NCBI GenBank assembly: GCA_030668875.1
Contig: DAOVER010000013.1
Span: forward strand, 40,934 to 72,933
From: Candidatus Heimdallarchaeota archaeon
GTDB lineage: Archaea; Asgardarchaeota; Heimdallarchaeia; Heimdallarchaeales; Heimdallarchaeaceae
DNA length: 32,000 bases
Reading direction: 5' to 3'
Shown in pieces: positions 17,817 through 26,528 of the stretch. The position numbers and the translations under genes were made by a program. The notes beneath the pieces were generated by a model. That model was not told where the DNA came from. It searched no databases and saw only the letters and a list, made by a program, of their open reading frames with translations. Every line of letters begins with the position of its first letter. The stretch's first letter is position 1.

Positions 17817-17892
17817 AGTAATCGATGCAGAGATGATAACAGTTAAAGACCTTAGATGTTTCGTCAACTAGCGGAAAGGTCACTCATATTCA
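17775..17892 (+). ncRNA. Putative TnpB omega-RNA scaffold / right-end structure
   Basis: Hairpin ACAGTG-GATG...CATC-CT-CACTGT (17775-17804) overlaps the tnpB 3' end. A second stem GACCTT (17848-17853)/AAGGTC (17876-17881) encloses further pairing. The position matches known TnpB omega-RNAs. Confidence 0.6.
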
Positions 17893-17941
17893 TTTTAAAA
17901 TACTTTTTTATAGCTTTAAATTTATCATCTCTTGATAATAT

Positions 17942-19798
17942 ATGGCTAAGTTAGAAGAGCTTATTGTAAATGAAGAAACTAGAGTTCTTTGTTTAGGTAA
18001 TGAAGCTATTGCAAGAGGTGCTATTGAGGCGGGAGTACAGGTTTTTGCTGCCTATCCTGGAACACCAAGTTCTGAGATAAGTATGGCAATGATTGCTATT
18101 GCTCCAAAACTAGGATTTTATGCTGAATGGAGCACTAATGAAAAAGTAGCAATGGAAACTGCTTTTGCGGCATCTATAAGTGGTATTAGAGCAATGACTG
18201 CTTGTAAGCATGTTGGCTTAAATGTAGCAGCTGATACTTTTTACTCGTTTATGTATATGGGATGTAAAGGTGGTTTTGTAACAGTTGTTGGAGATGACCC
18301 ACATTGTTTCTCTAGCCAAAACGAGCAGGATTCTAGGTGGCTCGGTGTATCCGCACAATTTCCTGTTATTGAACCATCTAGTCCTCAGGAAGCTAAAGAA
18401 TATGTAAAAAGAGCTTTTGATGTGAGTGAAAAATTCGAGATGCCTATGCTACTTCGTTCAACAACAAGAGTATCTCATGCAAGAGCTGATGTGCAATTCA
18501 ATAAATATGAATCAAATTTCAGAGAAGGAGTATATGAGAAAACAAACCGTTTTGCATGTCTCCCAGCTCTAGCAAGAGCAAATCATCCTAAGTTATTGGA
18601 AAGAATGGAAAAAATAAAGGAATGGTTACCAACAAGCGGATTCTCAACAATTGAGGGACCAGATAATCATAATGAATTTGGCATAATCACAAGTGGAATC
18701 AGCTATGTTTATGTTAAGGATGCTCTAAAGGCAATAAAGAAAGAACTTCCCATTCTAAAACTAGGTATGGTAGCTCCATTAGACGAGCAAACCATTCTAG
18801 AATTTGCAAAGAATAAGGAAAATATTATCTTCATTGAAGAAGTAGACCCTTATCTTGAAGATCGTATAAGTGCTCTTTTCATTCAAAATGGAGTTATACC
18901 AAAGATTCATGGGAAAAGTTCAGGAATCACTAATAAATATCATGAATTGAACGACAGATTGGTTGCTGAAGCTCTAATCAAAGTAGTTGGAGGAGCCATA
19001 GTTCCTGTAAACGAAATTGAGAAAGCTGTTGAAGAAACTAAGGAGTTTGTTCCTTTCAGACCCCCTCTGTTTTGTGCTGGATGTCAACATAGAGCAGCAT
19101 TTTGGGAATTATCCAAAGTTGTACGCAAAAAGGATGGTATTTTTGCTTCAGATATTGGTTGTTATTCATTAGATCCCTGGGTAACAGACACAATAATATG
19201 TATGGGTGGAGGGATAGGTATGGCTAATGGCTTTGCAAGGGTAATAAAAGATAAACCGATATTTGCTTATATTGGAGACAGTACATTTTTCCATACGGGT
19301 ATGCCTGCTTTGGCTAATGCTGTTTATAATAATGCAAATATTAACATTCTAGTTCTAGATAACAGAATGACAGCTATGACTGGTTTCCAACCTAATCCTA
19401 CTGAGAAAATAGATATTGTTGATGTAGCTAAATCATTAGGAGTAGAATATGTTGTTGAGTTTGATCCTTACGATTTCGAGAATGGAAAAAAGGTTTTTGA
19501 GGATGCATTGAAACATGAAGGACCAACTGTAATAATAATGAGAAAAATCTGTGCTAATGAAGATTGGAGAAGAAAGAGAAGAAAAGGAGAGAAAATAGAG
19601 GTTTTCCATATAGACCCAGAAGTATGTATTGCTTGTGGAACATGTATCGTGCAATATCAATGCCCAGCGATAAGATGGAGCTTAGATACAAACTCTAAAG
19701 GTAAAAAATATTCAGTCATAGATCCTGACATGTGCACAGGTTGTAGTGTTTGTTCTCAAATCTGTCCTGTGGGAGCAATTTCAAAGGTGGATGAATGA
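17942..19798 (+). CDS. iorA: Indolepyruvate:ferredoxin oxidoreductase alpha subunit
   Basis: LGNEAIARGA..AGV....AYPGTPSSEI, KHVGLNVAAD, RPPLFCAGCQHR, TPP motif GDSTFFHTG...N, and two C-terminal 4Fe-4S motifs (CIACGTC...CP, CTGCSVCSQICP). Confidence 0.96.
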   Translation: MAKLEELIVNEETRVLCLGNEAIARGAIEAGVQVFAAYPGTPSSEISMAMIAIAPKLGFYAEWSTNEKVAMETAFAASISGIRAMTACKHVGLNVAADTFYSFMYMGCKGGFVTVVGDDPHCFSSQNEQDSRWLGVSAQFPVIEPSSPQEAKEYVKRAFDVSEKFEMPMLLRSTTRVSHARADVQFNKYESNFREGVYEKTNRFACLPALARANHPKLLERMEKIKEWLPTSGFSTIEGPDNHNEFGIITSGISYVYVKDALKAIKKELPILKLGMVAPLDEQTILEFAKNKENIIFIEEVDPYLEDRISALFIQNGVIPKIHGKSSGITNKYHELNDRLVAEALIKVVGGAIVPVNEIEKAVEETKEFVPFRPPLFCAGCQHRAAFWELSKVVRKKDGIFASDIGCYSLDPWVTDTIICMGGGIGMANGFARVIKDKPIFAYIGDSTFFHTGMPALANAVYNNANINILVLDNRMTAMTGFQPNPTEKIDIVDVAKSLGVEYVVEFDPYDFENGKKVFEDALKHEGPTVIIMRKICANEDWRRKRRKGEKIEVFHIDPEVCIACGTCIVQYQCPAIRWSLDTNSKGKKYSVIDPDMCTGCSVCSQICPVGAISKVDE

Positions 19799-19799
19799 A

Positions 19800-20399
19800 A
19801 TGGTAGAAACATATCAAATGGTAATTTGTGGAGTTGGTGGGCAAGGAATTCTCACAATCTCGGATATTATAACAATCGCAGCACAGATGAAAGGGCTTAA
19901 CATTCTAGGTTCAGAAGTACATGGGATGGCTCAAAAAGGAGGATCTGTCATAACAAATCTCAAAATTGGTAAGAATTTGAATTCTCCTACTATTCCAATT
20001 GGGACAAGCAAAATGCTTGTCGGTTTAGAACAAAACGAAACTTTGAGATACCTAAAGTATCTGCAACCTGGTGGAACAGTCATTACATCGGACACTGTAC
20101 TTTTCCCAATTACTTGGAAGAAAGACAAGAAAGCTGCAGAGAAAGCTAGAGAGAATATTAAAGACAATCTAAGTAAATTCGATGCAGATGTTCATTTCAT
20201 TGATGCAGAGGGGTTAGCTAACAAAGCTGGTTTAGCTTTAGCACAGAATATTGTTCTACTTGGAGCTTTGTCTCAAGTTGAAGGTTTTCCTGTAACTGAT
20301 AATGACTTAAGAGAGGCTTTGAAAATTAGAGTCCCTCCAAAATATCTAGAAGTAAACCTAAAAGCATTTGATTTGGGAATTAGTGCTGTGAAAAAATAA
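19800..20399 (+). CDS. iorB: Indolepyruvate:ferredoxin oxidoreductase beta subunit
   Basis: CGVGGQGIL, SEVHGMAQKGGSV and NIVLLGAL; ATG 19800 has an AGGTGG SD and lies 1 nt after the iorA stop (alternative ATG at 19791). Confidence 0.95.
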   Translation: MVETYQMVICGVGGQGILTISDIITIAAQMKGLNILGSEVHGMAQKGGSVITNLKIGKNLNSPTIPIGTSKMLVGLEQNETLRYLKYLQPGGTVITSDTVLFPITWKKDKKAAEKARENIKDNLSKFDADVHFIDAEGLANKAGLALAQNIVLLGALSQVEGFPVTDNDLREALKIRVPPKYLEVNLKAFDLGISAVKK

Positions 20400-20446
20400 G
20401 ATTGATTAAATACTAGTACATATATCAATTGAACATAACTAGAAAA

Positions 20447-20767
20447 CTATGCTTTGAACGGCTCTTCATTTGGAATAGTTACGGTGTTTATGATTTTTTC
20501 ACCAGCAACTACTTCGTCTACTGAATGAACAGATGTTCCATAATCCCTTAGAACAATTTCAATGTCGTCAAAATTTAGATTTGGACCAACAATTGTTACT
20601 GTAATTCCTTCAGTACTAGAATCTGTTTCAGTTCTAACAATATTAACAGATTCAACATATTCCAATTCCCCAATAGCAGTTGCTAAAACATCAATTCGTG
20701 GTTGGTGGGGTTTTAAAACGTCTAATACAAGTCTTCTTATGCGGACACTCTTTGAAGGCTTTGCCAT
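20447..20767 (-). CDS. DUF211 family protein
   Basis: IRRLVLDVLKPHQP...SVHSVDEVVAG is the hallmark of archaeal DUF211. Confidence 0.92.
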   Translation of the reverse strand: MAKPSKSVRIRRLVLDVLKPHQPRIDVLATAIGELEYVESVNIVRTETDSSTEGITVTIVGPNLNFDDIEIVLRDYGTSVHSVDEVVAGEKIINTVTIPNEEPFKA

Positions 20768-20961
20768 CTTTTAATCCCATTATTATAGTAGTGTTAAGCA
20801 ACCATCTATTGAAAGATTATTAAACTTTATGATTCGATTTTGTCTTGTTATTTAGCAATGCACAAATCATCATAGTTTTATTACCAATAGAAAAAACAAT
20901 ATTAAAGCTATTATATATTAGGATATGAGAGCATAAGAATTCAGTACAAGTGTGAGAACAA

Positions 20962-23900
20962 ATGTCAAAAAACTTTCCTTTCGATTTATGGATTTCAACT
21001 GGAAGTGATTCCGGGATTAGTTTTGCAACAGTAGGTAGATTAGCTAGAGATTCAAGTATGATGCAAGGAATCTTACTTTCACTCCAATCATTAATGACTA
21101 CAGAAGTTGAGGTTTCAAATTCACAGTTTATGACAGGCGAGAATGAGTTTGTAAAATTTGGTACGTTTACAATAGCTGAAGAAGCTGACACCGTTGTTGT
21201 TCAATATGTTGTCAAATCAGATGAAGCGAACAAACTTTCAAAAGAAAATGAAATGTTAGTTCAGGGGCTAGCACTTTCATTCTGCAAATTCATCGTCCTA
21301 ACACCAAATTTTCATAGGAATCTAAATACAGGAAAAATGATATCTTTAGATTACGTATCGAAAGCATATCTCAAAGCTTGTACAATTGCTAAACAAAAAG
21401 TTGCAGTAAGTAAGAATAATGAAGCATTAATTGATTTGATAAATGAAAAACTCAAATTAATAGAAGACAAACCTGAGGATTTCCCCACTGTTTTACAGTT
21501 GAAAGACATTGAACAATGGATTGGAGAGGAAGAAACATCCTGGGATAAAGGGTCAATTTCTCCTTTTAAGAGACAATTATTAGTACAGATGGTAGCACAA
21601 GACATTCTTAATCAAATCATCTTAGAAGATCCGTTTGTCATATTAGAATATGAAACACCGAGATATACAATAGAAGAAATAAGGAATACTATTGAATTAT
21701 ATTTGCAGAAGAAACAATATAAACCAGAGGAATTAATAGATCTCTACTTAGCGAAGAACCTACAAGAAAAAGTTAATGTTAACTTAAAGAAACTGAATAT
21801 AAGTGAGATACATACTGCAAAGACCTTTATAGCGAATAACCTCGCAAAGGAGATTATTTACAATATAGCAAAAGAAAACCCATTATTAACTCTTACAGAT
21901 TTTCGTAATATTCCACTTTATACTGCAATACAAAATCAAATTACAACTTTAACAGATGTTCCAGATCCTGGAAGTATAATCTGTAATGGTCTTATGGAAG
22001 ATGTTACTCCCTTAGTTTTACAAGGAGCAAGACTGTTCTTTAAACAACTTATTATCCCCTTTGAGGGTAGAAAATTACCAACAAGTATATGGAATGTCAT
22101 AGTTGATTTCACTTTTTCAATATTAGATGAAAAAAGGCTTACTCAAAATTCGAAAACAAAGAAAATAGGTAAAACTGCTATAGATTTTAAACGTGGAATT
22201 ATTAAGGAAAGATTATCCAGGCTAACAAATGTCCATCCTGAATGGATAGAACAACTTATAGACAAATTTGATAATATGGGAGTTGGAAAACAGCTGCAAA
22301 TATCCAACATCGAGGAATCTGTTCTGTTTGCTAGTGCATTAGAAAAAGCAATTATCACCACATTAGAGAAAATGGTGAAAGATCAGCTGTTTAATTCCAA
22401 TCTTGGTGATATATTTACTTATATGATCAATGCATTCAGAGATATTGCACCAAAGACAGTTCTGGTCAACGTTCTATCAAAGGTTATAGTAGATGTCAAG
22501 TACAGAGGTTATGAAACAGCGAAACAAATGAGTTTAACTGCAAAAGATTTAATAGGTTCAGCAATTGATGAAGGAGAAATTAAAGCATATGTTAATTCAG
22601 TATCTGTACAAAACAAAAGGTCATTTTTCAAAGGGTCACATCTACGTTTTGATGGCAGAACAATCTCATCAAATGAGCTTCTTCAGAAACCAGGAGTGAC
22701 ACTGAGTTTAGGGAACAAGATATTCCCATTACGAGATGTTGAAAAAGATGCTGAGTTTCTCACTACTTGTTTCACTAATTCAAAAGTTCTTAAGAAGGCA
22801 TATGCTAAAGCAGTTCTACGAGGGATGGTCTCCTCTTATTTGCAAAAAATGTTCTCATTTGAAGGAGAAGTAATAAATCTAATAGATACTTTGATAACTG
22901 TTTTCAATAGAGAAATGGTGGGTAAACTAACTCCAGCTCATCGAATACCAGACATTCAAAATGGTTTTCCATCCTTCCCACAGATTCGAGACATACCTCA
23001 AAAGTTCGCAGGAAAACACTTCCATGAGAGATGTCAAGACAGTTGGAATGATTATGCTCCAAAAATCCAAAAAACTATTCAGGATCTTTTAGCAGGATTT
23101 TCTAACTTGAGAAAGAATGATTTGAGTTACAAGAAGAAAGCAATGCGTTTATACAATAGAGCAATCAAAGAGCTGAAGGGTATAAGAAAGAACCTACTCA
23201 AGAATTGGAACCCATTAAATGATCAAATGACAAAGGTTGTTGAGAAATGGTCCAAAGATGTTAGTATAGATCTTAGTGGTCATCTTAATGAAGTTAGTAA
23301 GAATGTTACCAATTGGACTGGTGATATATTCAAATTACAAAAATTAGATTACGGTAAATTCACGATATCACTCAAAAGAGCACAAAAAGAGATAATCAAC
23401 ACGATAAAAGACATTCATCCAAAGGAGTTTAGAGATTTACCCAAAAACTTCATGGAAATAGCATTGTCAATTTTATTGTACAGAAGAATACCTGATTATG
23501 TCATAGATGAGTCTTATAATCAAATGATTAGCGGTGAAAAGCGTGTAGCAGAAGCAGTACTTCGAGCATGGGGTAGAAGTAAATCCAGAAGTGAGTTCGA
23601 GAACAACCTTTATCTTAATATGCGAGCTCTAGGAAACACTTTCACGAAAATCATCAACACCTATGGAAGACTAACAAGCACGTTTTTCATTAAAAATGAT
23701 ATTGAGTTGTCAAGTGATAAGAAAGGCCACTTCATTACATTGGGATCAATACCTAAAGAAATCTACGAAACAAAAACCAAGGTATTATCAATGCTCCAAT
23801 TTCCCAATGTTGAAGCAGTAAGCAGTAGTAAAAACTGGGAAATAAGACTGTATCTAGAACCCGAATATAGAAGATCTATGGATGAGAATAGGGATCGGTT

Positions 23901-24111
23901 GATTGTAATGAGCGATATCATTAGATTTGTAGCACGAATGAAGTTTGAAGAAAATACTGGTCCTGTAATCGAAGGAATAAAAGCTGTAATTCCATATCTA
24001 ATAGAAGATGGAGACACCAATATTATAGAACTATCTGAAACGTTGAAGGAAGCGCTGTTCATGCTATCGGAATATCCAACACAAGTAATTGAAGAGAAAG
24101 TAAAGAAATAG
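20962..24111 (+). CDS. 1049-aa hypothetical protein: N-terminal longin-like domain + long alpha-helical region
   Basis: Intact long ORF. The first ~145 aa follow the bb-a-bbb-aa longin order with helix DSSMMQGILLSLQSLMTTEV. No TM segment or NTPase motif was seen. Confidence 0.8.
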   Translation: MSKNFPFDLWISTGSDSGISFATVGRLARDSSMMQGILLSLQSLMTTEVEVSNSQFMTGENEFVKFGTFTIAEEADTVVVQYVVKSDEANKLSKENEMLVQGLALSFCKFIVLTPNFHRNLNTGKMISLDYVSKAYLKACTIAKQKVAVSKNNEALIDLINEKLKLIEDKPEDFPTVLQLKDIEQWIGEEETSWDKGSISPFKRQLLVQMVAQDILNQIILEDPFVILEYETPRYTIEEIRNTIELYLQKKQYKPEELIDLYLAKNLQEKVNVNLKKLNISEIHTAKTFIANNLAKEIIYNIAKENPLLTLTDFRNIPLYTAIQNQITTLTDVPDPGSIICNGLMEDVTPLVLQGARLFFKQLIIPFEGRKLPTSIWNVIVDFTFSILDEKRLTQNSKTKKIGKTAIDFKRGIIKERLSRLTNVHPEWIEQLIDKFDNMGVGKQLQISNIEESVLFASALEKAIITTLEKMVKDQLFNSNLGDIFTYMINAFRDIAPKTVLVNVLSKVIVDVKYRGYETAKQMSLTAKDLIGSAIDEGEIKAYVNSVSVQNKRSFFKGSHLRFDGRTISSNELLQKPGVTLSLGNKIFPLRDVEKDAEFLTTCFTNSKVLKKAYAKAVLRGMVSSYLQKMFSFEGEVINLIDTLITVFNREMVGKLTPAHRIPDIQNGFPSFPQIRDIPQKFAGKHFHERCQDSWNDYAPKIQKTIQDLLAGFSNLRKNDLSYKKKAMRLYNRAIKELKGIRKNLLKNWNPLNDQMTKVVEKWSKDVSIDLSGHLNEVSKNVTNWTGDIFKLQKLDYGKFTISLKRAQKEIINTIKDIHPKEFRDLPKNFMEIALSILLYRRIPDYVIDESYNQMISGEKRVAEAVLRAWGRSKSRSEFENNLYLNMRALGNTFTKIINTYGRLTSTFFIKNDIELSSDKKGHFITLGSIPKEIYETKTKVLSMLQFPNVEAVSSSKNWEIRLYLEPEYRRSMDENRDRLIVMSDIIRFVARMKFEENTGPVIEGIKAVIPYLIEDGDTNIIELSETLKEALFMLSEYPTQVIEEKVKK

Positions 24112-24130
24112 AAAGGAGTAAATCTCCTTT
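24112..24130. terminator. Hairpin between convergent genes (candidate bidirectional terminator)
   Basis: AAAGGAG-taaat-CTCCTTT perfect 7-bp stem, followed by agttttt on the + strand and ctatttcttt on the - strand. Confidence 0.6.
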
Positions 24131-24135
24131 AGTTT

Positions 24136-25758
24136 TTAGGATAAGAAACTTCTTGATCTTGATAATAATGCATCTGAATTTTTCTTTGAATATTTCTTTC
24201 TTTGTTCTAATAGAACAAGTCCAGAATTTAAAGATGACAGATCTCCTGTCTGAATCATTTCATTATTCTCTGATTGGATTTCTGCTTGCAAGTTTTGTTT
24301 GCTTGCTAAAAGATTCTCAAGCGGATGTTTCAAGAAATCAAAGGATTCTCTAGCGATGCAATCAAAACCGATTAAACCATTCGTCCCATGTAGAGCAAGA
24401 GATCGTGGTTTTTTCATATTATTAGCTACTTCGAATGGAGGAATAACGTTGAAAATGAACCCACTTTTATCCTTATACTTACATATTGCAACTGGTACAT
24501 TGATAGTTACAAGTTGTTCATTATCTGAAATACCAAGCAAATCTGAGGATAAAGAATAGGCAGAAATCATCACATAATTGCTTTTAGCTCTTTTAATAAG
24601 ATTATTACGATTATTCTTGAATTTATCAAAGATGTTATTAGCTTTTTGAATTTCCTTTTCTTGTTCTTCAAGCTTTTTACGTTTTTCATCTTGAATATCA
24701 ACTATGTATAGGTTAAGATCTTCTTTGACTGTATTTAGTCTATCAGAAACATTTCTTTTGTCAACATCTTCTTGATGACCTATATCTTCATATTCAGTTT
24801 TTCTATATTCTATCTCAGAAACTGCACTATTGAGTCCAACACCAAAGGATTGAGTTTCATCTTGCACTTCTCTAATTCTGCTTATAACTGTGTCAAAATC
24901 GTTTTCTGAATTGACTTTATCTAGACTCGTCAACAATTGATTATAAGATTCTTGTAGGGAAGAAATATCTTTTTTCAACTGATTCCAACGTTTACTATCC
25001 TTAACAGAAACAATTTGTTCTCGCTTTTCTTTGTTCGATTCAGACACTATTGAATCATGTTGGCTTATTTCCTCTTCTTTGAATTGCTGAATTTTCTTAG
25101 CATTTTCTTGCTTCTGATTTTCTATTTGTTGATTGTATCTTTGCTCGATCTTATCCTTATCATGTTTTTTCTTTTCAACTACAGACTGTAGATGTTTTTC
25201 AACTTCATCTAGAAGAACATTAAGTTTAGTTTCTAATTCATGATCAGTAATTGCATATTTGCCAGCTGAAGCAATCTCTCTTTTTATGTCATCTCTGGAA
25301 ACCAAAGGAGATATTTTTTTGTAAGAATTGTTACGAGTTGAAACATGCTGAGAAACTAGTTTAGCAGTTCCCTCAATTCCTTTCTTAACTAAAACACCAC
25401 TAATTTCTAAATGAAAAATATTCATAGAAACTAGCGTTTCCTCTATGGCTCTATAGTGAGATTCTAAAGAGGGGTATTGCTCTTCTAGAACAGCCTTAAT
25501 CTCTGAAAGCTCTGGAATTTTACTGACAAGTAATTTGTTCTTTTCAAGTTGTAAGGTATTAATGACAATATAGTTACCGTCACTTATTCTTACAGCAAAG
25601 AATGGAACGTAACAAGTGTAAATTCCCTCTAAAATCTCTTTTTTCTTTATATTATCAAGTGCATACCCTACTAAAGAAGAATATTCAATTTGCTTAGCTT
25701 CATCTCCTGAGAATTCAGAAGTAATTAATTTAAGAAATATTTCGTTTGCCATTTTCAT
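24136..25758 (-). CDS. Hypothetical coiled-coil protein (540 aa) with globular N- and C-terminal halves
   Basis: Central E/K/Q-rich heptad region (~aa 170-390) flanked by CYVPFFAV and INVPVAI...IPPFEV; AGGAG SD; starts 5 nt after the ABC ATPase stop. Confidence 0.82.
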   Translation of the reverse strand: MKMANEIFLKLITSEFSGDEAKQIEYSSLVGYALDNIKKKEILEGIYTCYVPFFAVRISDGNYIVINTLQLEKNKLLVSKIPELSEIKAVLEEQYPSLESHYRAIEETLVSMNIFHLEISGVLVKKGIEGTAKLVSQHVSTRNNSYKKISPLVSRDDIKREIASAGKYAITDHELETKLNVLLDEVEKHLQSVVEKKKHDKDKIEQRYNQQIENQKQENAKKIQQFKEEEISQHDSIVSESNKEKREQIVSVKDSKRWNQLKKDISSLQESYNQLLTSLDKVNSENDFDTVISRIREVQDETQSFGVGLNSAVSEIEYRKTEYEDIGHQEDVDKRNVSDRLNTVKEDLNLYIVDIQDEKRKKLEEQEKEIQKANNIFDKFKNNRNNLIKRAKSNYVMISAYSLSSDLLGISDNEQLVTINVPVAICKYKDKSGFIFNVIPPFEVANNMKKPRSLALHGTNGLIGFDCIARESFDFLKHPLENLLASKQNLQAEIQSENNEMIQTGDLSSLNSGLVLLEQRKKYSKKNSDALLSRSRSFLS

Positions 25759-25763
25759 TTCTC

Positions 25764-26528
25764 CTAATAAGTAATCTGACCATCATGAATCTTAACCATT
25801 CTATCAGCAAATTTTCTCAGTTCTATGTTGTGGGTTGCTACTAGAACAGCAGCACCTTCACGAGACATAAGCTTCATTTGACGCATGATTTGATTTCCCG
25901 ATTCACTGTCAAGATTCCCTGTTGGTTCATCTGCAAAAACGATTCTTGGTTCTTTTATTAGAGCTCTGCATATAGCGACTCTTTGCTGCTCACCACCGCT
26001 CATCTGGTCAGGATAAGCGTATTCTTTATCAAGCAGCCCAACTTTTCGAATTAGCTTAATTGATTTTTCTCTTAATTCAAGAGAAGGGATATTCGAGGGA
26101 TAGAGACTTGATTCAACATTCTCAACAGCTTTTAGTGTTGGTATTAGCTCCCAAGCTTGGAACACAAAACCAATGTTATGACGACGATAATTTGTCAGTT
26201 GTTTCTCATCCCACTCTGTTATGTCAACAAGATGTTTGTCTTTCCCTTTTTTCTTTGCATCACTCTCATTCTTGTTGGTGTGTGTGAAACCCTCACCAGC
26301 TCTTGAAGTATTAAAAAAAATCTTTCCATTTGTAGGTTTATCTAAACCAGAAAGAACGTTGAGTAGAGTTGTTTTTCCGCTTCCTGAAGGGCCAATTACC
26401 ATTAGTATTTCTCCAGGATTAATTTCCAAACTAACCTTATCAAGTGCTCTTACAACTTCAGATCTACCTCGTCGATATATCTTAGTTACTTTATCCATTT
26501 TTAATATTACATCTGACATCATACTCAC
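25764..26528 (-). CDS. ABC transporter ATP-binding protein (LolD/MacB/FtsE-like)
   Basis: [40 protein letters not shown] and VATHN. Confidence 0.95.
   Translation of the reverse strand: MSMMSDVILKMDKVTKIYRRGRSEVVRALDKVSLEINPGEILMVIGPSGSGKTTLLNVLSGLDKPTNGKIFFNTSRAGEGFTHTNKNESDAKKKGKDKHLVDITEWDEKQLTNYRRHNIGFVFQAWELIPTLKAVENVESSLYPSNIPSLELREKSIKLIRKVGLLDKEYAYPDQMSGGEQQRVAICRALIKEPRIVFADEPTGNLDSESGNQIMRQMKLMSREGAAVLVATHNIELRKFADRMVKIHDGQITY

Larger units (their letters stand above)
16529..17892 (+). mobile_element. IS200/IS605-superfamily tnpB-only (IS1341-like) element; boundaries approximate
   Basis: Single tnpB with no tnpA; visibly higher GC than the flanks; own TTTAAATA (16580-16587) and AAGGAGG SD (16595-16601); 3' hairpins ending near TTCA at 17889-17892. 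Confidence 0.7.

Noticed and set aside
24136-25758. SMC/Rad50 or ESCRT-III/CdvA call for the coiled-coil protein
   Set aside because: No Walker A/B or signature motif, and neither the size nor the motifs match Snf7/CdvB domains.
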